A DNA stretch of 64,000 nucleotides from Minisyncoccota bacterium (GCA_021734445.1 JAIPIY010000002.1:32786-96785), one strand, 5' to 3'. Shown: positions 1-9,798, counted from the first letter of the stretch. The notes: generated from the sequence alone by a model not told the origin. Program-made: numbers and translations.

Positions 1-338
1 ACACAGATAATGTGCGAGGGCATGAAGTCATACCCCCTTCCCAATGAAATTAGCTTGTGCAAAATCAATTTATCAAGGGTCTCAAGACCCTCGACAGAAT
101 CAACTTCTTGCCAGCCAAGCTTCATGCCCCAAATGACATATCTTGTAGATCCCCAAGAAGATGGGAACCCAAGATGATGACAATCACTCTTCCATGATTG
201 AGCCGGGGCAATCTTTAAATCAAATTTCTCTTTCAGAAAGAGTACGTGACGATTCATAGAAGCTGAACCGTTAGAATTGAATCCAGGACGGATAATTCGT
301 GTAAGAATCTCCTCCCTCAGTTGACGCAATGAATGCAT
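1..338 (-). CDS. Hypothetical protein, partial (runs off the window start; absent from the ORF track)
   Basis: Manual translation from ATG at 338 gives MHSLRQLREEILTRIIRPGFNSNGSASMNRHVLFLKEKF... with no stop to position 1; it has its own promoter upstream. Confidence 0.65.
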   Translation of the reverse strand, partial: MHSLRQLREEILTRIIRPGFNSNGSASMNRHVLFLKEKFDLKIAPAQSWKSDCHHLGFPSSWGSTRYVIWGMKLGWQEVDSVEGLETLDKLILHKLISLGRGYDFMPSHIIC

Positions 339-468
339 GGTAAATAGGTTTAAAGGGTTAGTGAAATGAACAACTGCATGTTGCTCGTTTTTTCAACAAA
401 CTTTTGCGGAAAAAACGAGCAACACTGCTGTAAAAAGCCGATGTGAATGTGCGATATTTCTTGGATAT

Positions 469-497
469 ATAGTAGCATATATGACTATAGAAGTCAA
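469..497 (-). promoter_or_regulatory. sigma70 promoter for the 338 ORF
   Basis: TTGACT-17 nt-TACTAT with extended TG on the minus strand. Confidence 0.7.
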
Positions 498-547
498 ATC
501 TTTTCGATTCAAGTTCAAGAAATAATTGTAATATTTACAAATCCAAA

Positions 548-604
548 CCCCACCTTAATCCCTACCTTTGCCGGCGAGGCAGGCTCCCCTTGGTAAGGGG
601 AGGA
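548..604. repeat. Palindromic REP-like element with a nested second palindrome
   Basis: CCCCACCTTAATC[CCTACCTTTGCCGGCGAGGCAGG]CTCCCCTTGGTAAGGGGAGG. Confidence 0.65.
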
Positions 605-626
605 AGAACTACCCTATATATTTATT

Positions 627-663
627 TCTCCCCCTTTTCAAGGGGGGAGACTAAGAGGGGGTT
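627..663. repeat. REP-like palindromic element, inverted relative to the 548-604 copy
   Basis: TCTCCCCCTTTTCAAGGGGGGAGACTAAGAGGGGGTT; its reverse complement has the same CCCC-N-stem-loop layout. Confidence 0.6.
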
Positions 664-707
664 ATAGGTTATAGATGTTACAGATCAGAGTTTTCTTTCA
701 ATATAAA

Positions 708-733
708 AGATTCCCGCCTACGCGGGAATGACA
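708..733. repeat. ATTCCC-N8-GGGAAT (dRS3/REP-like) palindrome
   Basis: AGATTCCCGCCTACGCGGGAATGACA. Confidence 0.7.
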
Positions 734-758
734 ACCCCTACACCACATGTAGTTAAGA

Positions 759-2789
759 TTAAAGATTCCTTACTTCCCCATTTTTTTCCTGCAAGATACG
801 TATTTCATCTCGCAACAGTGCAGCGGTTTCAAAATCCAATAGCTTTACCGCTTCGTTCATTTCGTGCTCACGCACCTTGATATATTTTTTTAGTTTTTTT
901 GTATCTTTCAAAATAGATTCATCCAATGCAATTTGATCAGCCAATGTTTTTGAACGCAATGATTCAATAGTTTCGGTAATGTCTTTGATATTTTTTTCAA
1001 TAGTTTTTGGTGTGATGCCGTGTTTCTTGTTGTAGTCCACCTGAATAGAACGTCTCCGGTCTGTTTCATCGATCGCTTTTTTCATGGCATCGGTAATTAA
1101 ATCTGCGTACAAAATAACGCGACCATGAATATTACGTGCAGCACGTCCAATAGTTTGAATTAAAGATGTTTCTGAACGCAAAAAACCTGCCTTGTCAGCA
1201 TCCAAAATACCTATCAAAGAAACTTCTGGTAGATCCAAACCTTCACGCAACAGGTTTACTCCAACCAAAATATCATATACTCCTCGACGAAAATCGGTCA
1301 AAATTTGTATACGTTCCATAGTTTTTACATCACTGTGTACATAGGTGGATTTTATTTTTTTATCTTTGAGATAATCATTCAAATCTTCGGCCATTCTTTT
1401 TGTTAATGTTGTTGCCAACACACGACGCCCTGCGGTGATTTCTTTTTGTGCTTCGGCTATAAAATCATGCACCTGTCCCTGATATGCACCATTTTCACGT
1501 AGCGGGCGAATTTCAATCACTGGATCAATCAATCCGGTTGGACGAATAATCTGTTCTACGATTTGTTCACTGGTCGTTCGTTCCAGATTTCCCGGTGTTG
1601 CAGAAATATAGATAACCTGACCTATACGTTTTTCAAATTCTTCATAGCGAAGAGGTCGGTTATCTTTTGCACTGGGTAAACGGAAACCATGTTCAACCAA
1701 TGTTTTTTTACGTGAAGCATCTCCTGCATACATTCCTGATAATTGGGGCAACGTAACATGGGATTCATCAATAACGGTCAAAAAATCTGGTTTTCCATCT
1801 GGTGTGTGCGGAAAATATGATAACAATGTTTCTGGTGGATCACCTGCATTTTTACCAGACAAATGTCGAGAATAGTTTTCAATTCCAGAACAATACCCAA
1901 CTTCGCGTATCATCGCCAAATCATAGGTGGTTCGTCGTTGAATTCTTTCTGCTTCGAGATTCAATCCCTGATCTTTTAAATACTGAATTTGTTCTTCTAG
2001 TTCTTGTTGAATACTGATTAGTGCTTTTTCTTTTTTTGCACCATCCGTCAAAAAGTGTTTTGCAGGGAAAATAAAACATTCTGAAACAGTTTCCATAATA
2101 CGCGAAGAAACTACATCAACTACAGTAATACTTTCAATAACATCTCCTGTAAAAGAAATCACGCGCATTGTTGTTTCAGATACTGGCACAATTTCAACCT
2201 TGTTACCCAAAGAACGAAATGTTCCCGAAGATAAATCTGCGTTTGTTCTTTCGTAATGCACTTTTACTAATTTTTCCATCACTTCGCGTTTCGAGATTTT
2301 TTGTCCAACCTGTAATAACAAATGACTGTCTTTATATTCTTCGGGTGATCCCAAACCATAAATACATGATACTGACGCAACGATAATTACATCTTTTCGT
2401 GTTAATAATGCTTGGGTTGATGCGTGACGTAATCGATCTATTTCTTCGTTAATACTGGCATCTTTTTCAATATACGTATCCGTAATCGGCATGTATGCTT
2501 CGGGTTGATAGTAGTCATAGTAGGAAACAAAATAATGCACCGCATGTGTTGGGAAAAATTCGCGAAATTCCTGGGCCAATTGTGCCGCCAACGTTTTATT
2601 GTGTGCAATAACCAATGTTGGTTTTTCTATTTGGGTAATGACATTTGCCATGGTAAATGTTTTTCCTGTACCAGTAGCCCCTAAAAGAGTTTGTTTTTGT
2701 AAATCCTTTTTCAATCCATCAACCAATCCAGTAATGGCCTGCGGTTGATCCCCTGCTGGAATATAACTACTTTCAAGATTAAATATCAT
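759..2789 (-). CDS. uvrB: Excinuclease ABC subunit B
   Basis: GATGTGKT Walker A, YYDYYQPEAY beta-hairpin, DESH, C-terminal UVR domain; start placed at ATG 2789, 7 nt after TATAAT. Confidence 0.98.
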   Translation of the reverse strand: MIFNLESSYIPAGDQPQAITGLVDGLKKDLQKQTLLGATGTGKTFTMANVITQIEKPTLVIAHNKTLAAQLAQEFREFFPTHAVHYFVSYYDYYQPEAYMPITDTYIEKDASINEEIDRLRHASTQALLTRKDVIIVASVSCIYGLGSPEEYKDSHLLLQVGQKISKREVMEKLVKVHYERTNADLSSGTFRSLGNKVEIVPVSETTMRVISFTGDVIESITVVDVVSSRIMETVSECFIFPAKHFLTDGAKKEKALISIQQELEEQIQYLKDQGLNLEAERIQRRTTYDLAMIREVGYCSGIENYSRHLSGKNAGDPPETLLSYFPHTPDGKPDFLTVIDESHVTLPQLSGMYAGDASRKKTLVEHGFRLPSAKDNRPLRYEEFEKRIGQVIYISATPGNLERTTSEQIVEQIIRPTGLIDPVIEIRPLRENGAYQGQVHDFIAEAQKEITAGRRVLATTLTKRMAEDLNDYLKDKKIKSTYVHSDVKTMERIQILTDFRRGVYDILVGVNLLREGLDLPEVSLIGILDADKAGFLRSETSLIQTIGRAARNIHGRVILYADLITDAMKKAIDETDRRRSIQVDYNKKHGITPKTIEKNIKDITETIESLRSKTLADQIALDESILKDTKKLKKYIKVREHEMNEAVKLLDFETAALLRDEIRILQEKNGEVRNL

Positions 2790-2809
2790 GATGTGCATTA
2801 TACATGAAA

Positions 2810-2843
2810 ATACAAAGCCTGCGAACCACACGGTTCACAGGCT
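2810..2843 (-). terminator. Intrinsic terminator after the vWA gene
   Basis: 12-bp stem AGCCTGTGAACC/GGTTCGCAGGCT (G.U pairs only on the minus strand), then a T-rich tract. Confidence 0.65.
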
Positions 2844-2865
2844 GATATATAGATCGATCCAAATT

Positions 2866-3522
2866 TTACAAACACAAACCTCTTTTGCGAATCCCTTCTT
2901 TTAACGTTTCAACATCATTAAAAAAATAATTTCCACCTGAAAGTTTGAACAAGACATCATGACGTACTTCAGAAAATGGCTTTGGGGAAATTGGCCCAAT
3001 CTGCAAATTATCCCCCAAAGAAGGACTAATAGCACAAATCGTAATCCCAAATTTCTCACTTATGGTATTCGCCATAGCCAATGCTTGATATTCGTCATTT
3101 AAAACCCCATCAGTAATGATGATAATAATTCGATTTCGAGGATAGTAACTTATACTGTCTCTAAATAATGCCCCAGCAATACTTAAAGCGGGCGCAAGAT
3201 TTGTCTCGAAACTTTTTGCTTTTCGTTTAAAATACCAATCAACGATTTTTTGCAAAGAATCATACCTATGAGTTAATAACATTTCAAGATGTAAAACATC
3301 TACAAATGAGACCAAACCAAACCGTATTTTATTTTGCTCTGGTGGAATACCAGAAATTAATTGATCTACGGCAGATACAACAAATGACTCGTCACCATTC
3401 ATTGATCCTGAAAAATCACTAACAATCACAATATCTGCATAGAGACAAGGTGTTTCTTTTTGAGAATATCCTTGTATAAAACATAGGCAGAAAAATACAG
3501 GCAAAAGAACGTTGGTTTTCAT
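2866..3522 (-). CDS. Secreted von Willebrand factor A domain protein
   Basis: MIDAS DxSxS (VSDFSGSM), TNLAPAL, IIITDG; N-terminal signal peptide. Confidence 0.85.
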   Translation of the reverse strand: MKTNVLLPVFFCLCFIQGYSQKETPCLYADIVIVSDFSGSMNGDESFVVSAVDQLISGIPPEQNKIRFGLVSFVDVLHLEMLLTHRYDSLQKIVDWYFKRKAKSFETNLAPALSIAGALFRDSISYYPRNRIIIIITDGVLNDEYQALAMANTISEKFGITICAISPSLGDNLQIGPISPKPFSEVRHDVLFKLSGGNYFFNDVETLKEGIRKRGLCL

Positions 3523-3635
3523 GAGAAAGAGCTTTAGTTAATCTATTTTTAGATTACATGATATAGCTTTAAAACACAACAGGAAGAAAAATATGGCAAT
3601 ATTGTTATCTGTGTATACCGCCCAACAAGATACAA

Positions 3636-4853
3636 TTAGTTGTGATAATATTTTTCTATAAAGTTTTTCTTATATTCAAAAAAAGTATCATTATGAATTG
3701 CCTCTCTGGCACCATCCACCAACTGTACCGTAAAATGTACATTATGTATTGATGCCAATGTTCCCGCCAGCATTTCTTTTGCATGAAATAAATGCGCAAC
3801 GTACGCACGAGTAAAATGTGTACAAGTATAGCAGGTGCACCCTGGTTCCAATGGCTGCATATCAGTTCGATATTGTGCGTTGGTAATACTGTAGGTTCCG
3901 CTGTGGGTATAGATTGTTCCATTTCGGGCGATGCGTGTTGGTGCAACACAATCAAACAAATCACACCCATGTTCAATACCCAACAACACATCCCCGGGTT
4001 CACCAATACCCAACAGATGTCTTGGTTTTTCTTCTGGTAATTCTTCGTTTACCCATTTCACTGCAGTACCTAAATCTTCTTTAGTAAAAGATCCTCCAAT
4101 ACCAAAACCATCGAACATATCTCCTGATTCGGTTTGCAATGATGCCAGCGTACGTGCTGATTCACGACGCAAATCTTCGGATTGACCACCCTGTACAACA
4201 CCCAACAACATCTGCTTTTTTTCTTTATCTAATTCGTTGTGCCGAATCAAACTTTGCAACGCCCACGCATGAGTACGATCCATTGCAGTTTTTTGATATT
4301 CATAGGATGCCTGTGGGCTAGTGCACTCATCAAATGCAAAAATAATATCAGCGCCCAAATTCCATTGAATTTCCATAGAACGTTCTGGAGTAAATCTATG
4401 AGTAGACCCATCTCGATGCGAACGAAATGTAACACCCTCGTCATCAACACGCGCCAATCGTTCATTATTTTTTGTTCCCCCTTCTGGATTTTTTTTAGAT
4501 TGATTTTGTGTTTGTGTTGCGACTTTTGATACATGTTCACCAAAAGCAGCACCTAAAGAAAACACCTGGAATCCGCCTGAGTCAGTAATTGTTGGACCAT
4601 GCCAACCCATAAAAGGACCAAATCCACCTGCATTTTTTATAATCTCATCTCCTGGTTCTAAATACAAATGATAGGTGTTTGCCAACACCACCTGTGCACC
4701 CATTGTTTTTACCATATCGGGAGTCAGTGCTTTTACGGTTGCCTGTGTTCCCACAACAGCAAAAGCAGGAGTTTGAATATCTCCATGAGGTGTATGTATA
4801 ACACCCGCACGCCCTAACGATCCTGGTATTTTTTTATGTAATGAAAAACTCAT
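3636..4853 (-). CDS. tgt: tRNA-guanine transglycosylase
   Basis: LANTYHL, TDSGGFQVFSL, FDCVAPTR, zinc site CxCxxC...H. Confidence 0.97.
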   Translation of the reverse strand: MSFSLHKKIPGSLGRAGVIHTPHGDIQTPAFAVVGTQATVKALTPDMVKTMGAQVVLANTYHLYLEPGDEIIKNAGGFGPFMGWHGPTITDSGGFQVFSLGAAFGEHVSKVATQTQNQSKKNPEGGTKNNERLARVDDEGVTFRSHRDGSTHRFTPERSMEIQWNLGADIIFAFDECTSPQASYEYQKTAMDRTHAWALQSLIRHNELDKEKKQMLLGVVQGGQSEDLRRESARTLASLQTESGDMFDGFGIGGSFTKEDLGTAVKWVNEELPEEKPRHLLGIGEPGDVLLGIEHGCDLFDCVAPTRIARNGTIYTHSGTYSITNAQYRTDMQPLEPGCTCYTCTHFTRAYVAHLFHAKEMLAGTLASIHNVHFTVQLVDGAREAIHNDTFFEYKKNFIEKYYHN

Positions 4854-4860
4854 AGGATAA

Positions 4861-5721
4861 TTATTCTTCCAAAATTATTGGTTCGTCGTTGGGCATAATT
4901 TCTTCGTACGTTAGATCCAGCAATCTTACAAAACGAATTTTTTCTGGATGTACGGGTAATCGCACATATGTTTTTTGAAATGGATCACGAGAATCAAAAG
5001 AAACTTTTTCAATCACACCCGCAACAAAAGGAGCGTTCGCGTACGAAACAACGTCGCCCTGTTCTACAGCAACATGTCGTGGAATTTCTAATTGCATTTG
5101 ATATCCACCCTTACCGCGCATCATCAATGCAATGGGTTCTTGTTCTTCATCAGAAGAGATAAACATTACTGGTGTATCCATGTCTGCATGAGATATTAAT
5201 GAGATAACTGAATAACGAGAATCAACCAAAGAAACTTTCCCAATTAATATTCCCGATTCAGAAACTGCTCCCTGCCCTACTATTACGTTATCTAATGAAC
5301 CTTTGTCTATAATCATAGTATCACGTGAGTACGATGATTTCGTATGCACCACACGCGCAATCAAAGAAGAAAGATTTGCATTATCCAAACCAACTAAATT
5401 TAATAATTCGTTATATTCTGATTCAATCACTGTTGCTTTGTCTAATAGTATTTGTTCTTCGGTAACACGTTTTTCCAATTGTATTAATCGATGCATCAAT
5501 TCTTTTTTTGGTAACAATGACAATGATTGAACACTGTTTTCATCATCTCCCTGAATCGAAGACCAGACCGGTGAAACCATACGTATCATCAATGATTGAA
5601 ACCAAATGGCAGTAGGCCGAAATCCTACCAAGAAAAGAACCAATCCCACCACAAAGACAGTCAACGGCCAAATGTTTTTTATTCGAGATGTTGTAGAATT
5701 ATGATCGCGCATGATCTTCAT
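4861..5721 (-). CDS. mreC: Rod shape-determining protein MreC
   Basis: TM helix, coiled coil, IDKGSLDNV..GILIGKV; directly follows mreB. Confidence 0.88.
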   Translation of the reverse strand: MKIMRDHNSTTSRIKNIWPLTVFVVGLVLFLVGFRPTAIWFQSLMIRMVSPVWSSIQGDDENSVQSLSLLPKKELMHRLIQLEKRVTEEQILLDKATVIESEYNELLNLVGLDNANLSSLIARVVHTKSSYSRDTMIIDKGSLDNVIVGQGAVSESGILIGKVSLVDSRYSVISLISHADMDTPVMFISSDEEQEPIALMMRGKGGYQMQLEIPRHVAVEQGDVVSYANAPFVAGVIEKVSFDSRDPFQKTYVRLPVHPEKIRFVRLLDLTYEEIMPNDEPIILEE

Positions 5722-6745
5722 GATACGCTAATACGTCACGATATTCATCCAGATTTTCTAAAACGATTCCAGCTCCACGTGCAACAGCCGACAAAGGATC
5801 ATCTGCAACGTGTACCGGTATTTTCAAAATACCTTGTAACAGAGTATCCAACCCACGGAACAATGCACCACCACCTGTCAGATACATACCTCGTTGCATA
5901 ATATCAGAAAGAATTTCAGGAGGAGTTGTTTCGATGACTTCTTTTGATCCTTCGATTAATTCATGTAATGAACTAGACATCGCTTCGCGAATATCGGTAT
6001 CAGTTAACAAAACTTCTCGGGGTAATCCAGTAATTAAATCGCGCCCTTTTACCGTTGCTTCCATAGGTTCCCCATCTTCTGAAACAGATCCAATAGCAAT
6101 TTTTACTTGTTCAGCAGTTTTTTCTCCAATGAGAATTTTAAATTCATCACGCAAATACGAAACAATATCTTGATTAAAACGATCACCTGCAATTTTCATA
6201 TTTTTTGATTGTACAATTCCACCCAATGCAATAACAGCAATATCACTGGTTCCACCACCAATATCAACCACCATAGACCCAACAGGTTCCTGAACGGGTA
6301 ACCGAATACCAATTGCTGCTGCCATAGGTTCTTCGATAATATACACTTCACGGGCACCTGCGTTTCGTGTCGCGTCATACACCGCACGACGTTCTACATT
6401 GGTAATACCAGATGGAACACCAACCACCACACGTGGACGGAAAAATTTCTTTGACATTTTTTCTGTCTTTCCAATCAAATACGACAACATTTCTTCGGTA
6501 ATTTCAAAATCAGAAATAACGCCATCCACCAAAGGTCGAATTGCCTTGATATGCCCAGGAGTACGTCCCAACATTTTTTTTGCTTCTACCCCTACCGCAA
6601 CAATTCTGTTTGTTTTTGTGTTCATTGCCACAATAGATGGTTCATTGATAATAATTCCGTGACCACGCAAATACACCAAAGTGTTTGCCGTACCCAAATC
6701 TATTCCTATATCATTTGAAAACTTTTTGTATAATTTTTCTAACAT
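5699..6745 (-). CDS. mreB: Rod shape-determining protein MreB
   Basis: IGIDLGTANT, VVDIGGGT, LTGGGAL actin-like motifs. Confidence 0.98.
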   Translation of the reverse strand: MLEKLYKKFSNDIGIDLGTANTLVYLRGHGIIINEPSIVAMNTKTNRIVAVGVEAKKMLGRTPGHIKAIRPLVDGVISDFEITEEMLSYLIGKTEKMSKKFFRPRVVVGVPSGITNVERRAVYDATRNAGAREVYIIEEPMAAAIGIRLPVQEPVGSMVVDIGGGTSDIAVIALGGIVQSKNMKIAGDRFNQDIVSYLRDEFKILIGEKTAEQVKIAIGSVSEDGEPMEATVKGRDLITGLPREVLLTDTDIREAMSSSLHELIEGSKEVIETTPPEILSDIMQRGMYLTGGGALFRGLDTLLQGILKIPVHVADDPLSAVARGAGIVLENLDEYRDVLAYHEDHARS

Positions 6746-6763
6746 ATCTGTGTGCTTATCCTT

Positions 6764-8017
6764 CTAAACGGTAAATCGTGCTATAAATTCATCGTATGAT
6801 ACCAATTCACTATCTGCAGATGTTCTTTTTTTAATTTCGACTGATTCTTGTTGTACGGTTTTTGCGCTGACAACCACTCGGTACGGAATTCCCAACAAAT
6901 CAGCATCGGAAAATTTTTCTCCTGGAGAAACCCCTTTTCGATCATCAAACAAAACTTCAATATTTCTTTTTGTTAATTGTCCGTACAATTTTTCCGCCTG
7001 TGCGATAACTATTTCATCTTCTCCTAATACCAATACATGTATTTGAAACGGAGCAACTGATTCGGGCCAAACAAGACCCTTTTCATCAGAGAACTTTTCA
7101 GCGATGACACCAATCATACGGGTTATCCCAATACCATATGAACCAAGATGCACTGGTATTGTTTCTCCTTTTTCATTTTTGAAATACAGCCCCATTTTTT
7201 CACATTTTTCTGTGCCAAAATTAAAAATATTACCCACTTCTGCTGTTTTTACTTGTTCTAATTCTTCACGAGAGATATTCAAATCTTTCAAAGTTTTTTC
7301 GTTCAATACTTCTTCGTTTATTGCAATATTTTTTTCGCGATTGATATAAATAATATCTTCTCCTGCTTCACAAATTGTTTGAAATTCATGACTGAATTCA
7401 GTAAATGCACCACCCGCAGCAAAAGTAACAAACGTATCTTCACCAACACCTAATCTATCAAATACCTTTTTATATGCATCGATAGTTTTTTGATAAAACT
7501 TTTCATGCTGTTCTGCATCTGTCGAATAAGAATACATGTCTTTCATGACAAATTCTCTTCCACGCATCAAACCAGATTTTGCCCGTAATTCATTACGTAG
7601 TTTTGTCTGAAATTGATATACATATATCGGCAAGTCTCTGAAACTTGAAATATGATTTTTAATCATTTCCGTAATCGGTTCTTCATGTGACCATCCAAAC
7701 CCAACCTGTCCACCTGCATGCAATTCAGATTTAAACCAAATATCAACAATATCATCGCTCCAACGATCAGTAGAGGTCCAAACATCTTTTGATTGAATAC
7801 CTGTCATAATGAACTCTTGCCCTCCAAGGGCATTCATTTCTTCACGGATTATTTTTTTTATATTATCAACAACCCGGAAACCCAAAGGTAACAAGTCATA
7901 CGCTCCAGCCATTTCTTTGTGCACATACCCAGCACGGATTAATAATTGGGCATTTTTTGCCATCTCATCCGCTGGTGCTTCTTTTCGTGTTTTAGTAAAT
8001 AATTGGGTTTGTCTCAT
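6764..8017 (-). CDS. proS: Proline--tRNA ligase (short form, apparently without the INS editing domain)
   Basis: GLMRGREFVMKDMYS, EVGNIF, GSYGIG, anticodon-binding domain; start at MRQTQLF. Confidence 0.95.
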   Translation of the reverse strand: MRQTQLFTKTRKEAPADEMAKNAQLLIRAGYVHKEMAGAYDLLPLGFRVVDNIKKIIREEMNALGGQEFIMTGIQSKDVWTSTDRWSDDIVDIWFKSELHAGGQVGFGWSHEEPITEMIKNHISSFRDLPIYVYQFQTKLRNELRAKSGLMRGREFVMKDMYSYSTDAEQHEKFYQKTIDAYKKVFDRLGVGEDTFVTFAAGGAFTEFSHEFQTICEAGEDIIYINREKNIAINEEVLNEKTLKDLNISREELEQVKTAEVGNIFNFGTEKCEKMGLYFKNEKGETIPVHLGSYGIGITRMIGVIAEKFSDEKGLVWPESVAPFQIHVLVLGEDEIVIAQAEKLYGQLTKRNIEVLFDDRKGVSPGEKFSDADLLGIPYRVVVSAKTVQQESVEIKKRTSADSELVSYDEFIARFTV

Positions 8018-8171
8018 AACCCCCATACTACTTGAAAAATCCCTTTTGGTCAAAAGTATCTTGCGCAACAATTATTTGACTTTATTATAAACACATGATT
8101 AAATAAAAAAGAATCAAGGTGTCTGTGTTTGCAGAATACCCAATGGTTCATTTACATAACCTTACATAAAA

Positions 8172-8687
8172 ATGAGAACGATTCACTCACTCTCACCATT
8201 GTCTCAGAGTATCCTCGTCAGCAATCTTACATCTGGACGCATGGGCTACAGTTTTCGATTTCAAGGGGTTCTATTAGAGACTATTCCAGCATCTGAAAAA
8301 AGTCTACCAGTGCTAGAAATAATCGTAGACCTGGCAAAGGTTACCACGGAGAAATCTATACCTGTCCTGCTTCAAAGATTACCGGGGTGCAACAACCTTT
8401 CTGGTAATGAATTAATTCAGGAATCAATCAAATTACTTCCATCAGAAGAAGAGCTTCTTGGCGGAGTTATCCAACAAATCCTCATGTTAGAGCGTGGAAC
8501 TCAAACCATGGAGACTATGCTTGAAAAAATGCACCAAAAATTCTTCCTCTGCGCCAAAGACGATCATATTCAATTGGTCGAGTATGTTTCCCTTTTTAAT
8601 GTTTGGATGATTACCTCTAAGCCAATTGATCTTGACTATCAATTGGGAGGAAGTATGGGATCTTCTTTGCTTCTGGTAACGCAGTAA
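8172..8687 (+). CDS. Hypothetical orphan protein
   Basis: 171-aa ORF with upstream TTGACT (8076) promoter and a downstream hairpin. Confidence 0.7.
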   Translation: MRTIHSLSPLSQSILVSNLTSGRMGYSFRFQGVLLETIPASEKSLPVLEIIVDLAKVTTEKSIPVLLQRLPGCNNLSGNELIQESIKLLPSEEELLGGVIQQILMLERGTQTMETMLEKMHQKFFLCAKDDHIQLVEYVSLFNVWMITSKPIDLDYQLGGSMGSSLLLVTQ

Positions 8688-8706
8688 CCCAACATGTTCG
8701 CATGAA

Positions 8707-8742
8707 AGCCCCTTCAACTCTTATCGAAGGGGCTGTTTTTTT
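8707..8742 (+). terminator. Intrinsic terminator
   Basis: AGCCCCTTC/GAAGGGGCT stem followed by GTTTTTTT. Confidence 0.75.
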
Positions 8743-8879
8743 ATTTTACAATCAATAAAAAGAAACTCTTTTCCATAATTCTTTTTTCAAACATACCATA
8801 CTTTGACGGTCGTCAAAACATGGTATTATTTACCAAAGCATTTTTGTCGAGTTACATATAATAAAAATGCATTACGGGA

Positions 8880-8904
8880 CCTACCTGCCGGCAAAGGCAG
8901 GTAG
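8880..8904. repeat. CCTRCCT-GCCGGC-AAAGGYAGG palindrome, second copy of the 561-583 family
   Basis: CCTACCTGCCGGCAAAGGCAGGTAG versus the reverse complement of 561-583, CCTGCCTCGCCGGCAAAGGTAGG. Confidence 0.6.
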
Positions 8905-9060
8905 TAATTAGAAACTACCTATTGCCTTTTTGTCAGTTTTTTGTTATTATGCAGTACAGCTTGTGCATTGATGCACAGGTATTTTATATACCGTGTATCT
9001 TATGTAGGCAAGAAGCCACAACAAGCCATTATTCAAAAATTGTATTTAGATTTGTATTTT

Positions 9061-9774
9061 ATGTCACAAGACTCTATTAAAGAAATGTTCTCTATTGGTG
9101 CTCATATTGGGTATGGAAAAACACGACGTCACCCAACAGCACAACCTTTTATTTTTACTACAAAACAACGGACAGATCTTATTGATTTGACCAAAACTGC
9201 TGTACAGCTAGAAAAAGCAGAAGCTTTTCTACGGGAATTAGGTACAGGAAAGAAAAATATTCTTTTGGTTAGCACCAAAGCCGAAGGTCGTTCTTTTATC
9301 AAAGACGCTGCGGAAAAATTGGATATGCCATACATCAACGAACGATGGATTGGAGGTACATTGACTAATTTCGGGGAAATCAACAAACGTATCAGCCTTT
9401 TGCGAGACCTTCTTGCGAAAAAAGAAAAAAACGAATTAGTTTTTAAAACAAAAAAAGAATTACTAATGATTGAACGAGAAATTGAACGTCTTACAAAACG
9501 TTTTGGTGGATTAGTTTCACTGATGGGTATGCCAGATGCAATTATCGTTATTGACCCTCGCCATGAAGATATCGCTGTATTAGAAGCAGCTTCAAAAGGG
9601 ATTCCTGTTATTGCATTGGCTAACACTGACTGTAATATGAAAGATGCAGAATATATCATTACTGCAAATGACACTGCACCAACCAGCATTAAATACTTTG
9701 TACAACGATTGGTGACTGCATACGAAAAAGGACGAGAAGCATCAGTATCTCACACTGCAACACCAACAGTATAA
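9061..9774 (+). CDS. rpsB: 30S ribosomal protein S2
   Basis: GAHIGY, RWIGGTLTNF, IPVIALANTD; upstream of tsf. Confidence 0.97.
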   Translation: MSQDSIKEMFSIGAHIGYGKTRRHPTAQPFIFTTKQRTDLIDLTKTAVQLEKAEAFLRELGTGKKNILLVSTKAEGRSFIKDAAEKLDMPYINERWIGGTLTNFGEINKRISLLRDLLAKKEKNELVFKTKKELLMIEREIERLTKRFGGLVSLMGMPDAIIVIDPRHEDIAVLEAASKGIPVIALANTDCNMKDAEYIITANDTAPTSIKYFVQRLVTAYEKGREASVSHTATPTV

Positions 9775-9798
9775 TTTTATTCTTAATTTAAATTTATT

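Noticed and set aside
8941-9060. N-terminal extensions from the ORF track on rpsB, uvrB, proS, rpsP, rlmH and rmuC
   Set aside because: Family homology starts at the downstream ATGs, and the extensions run through promoter or leader sequence.
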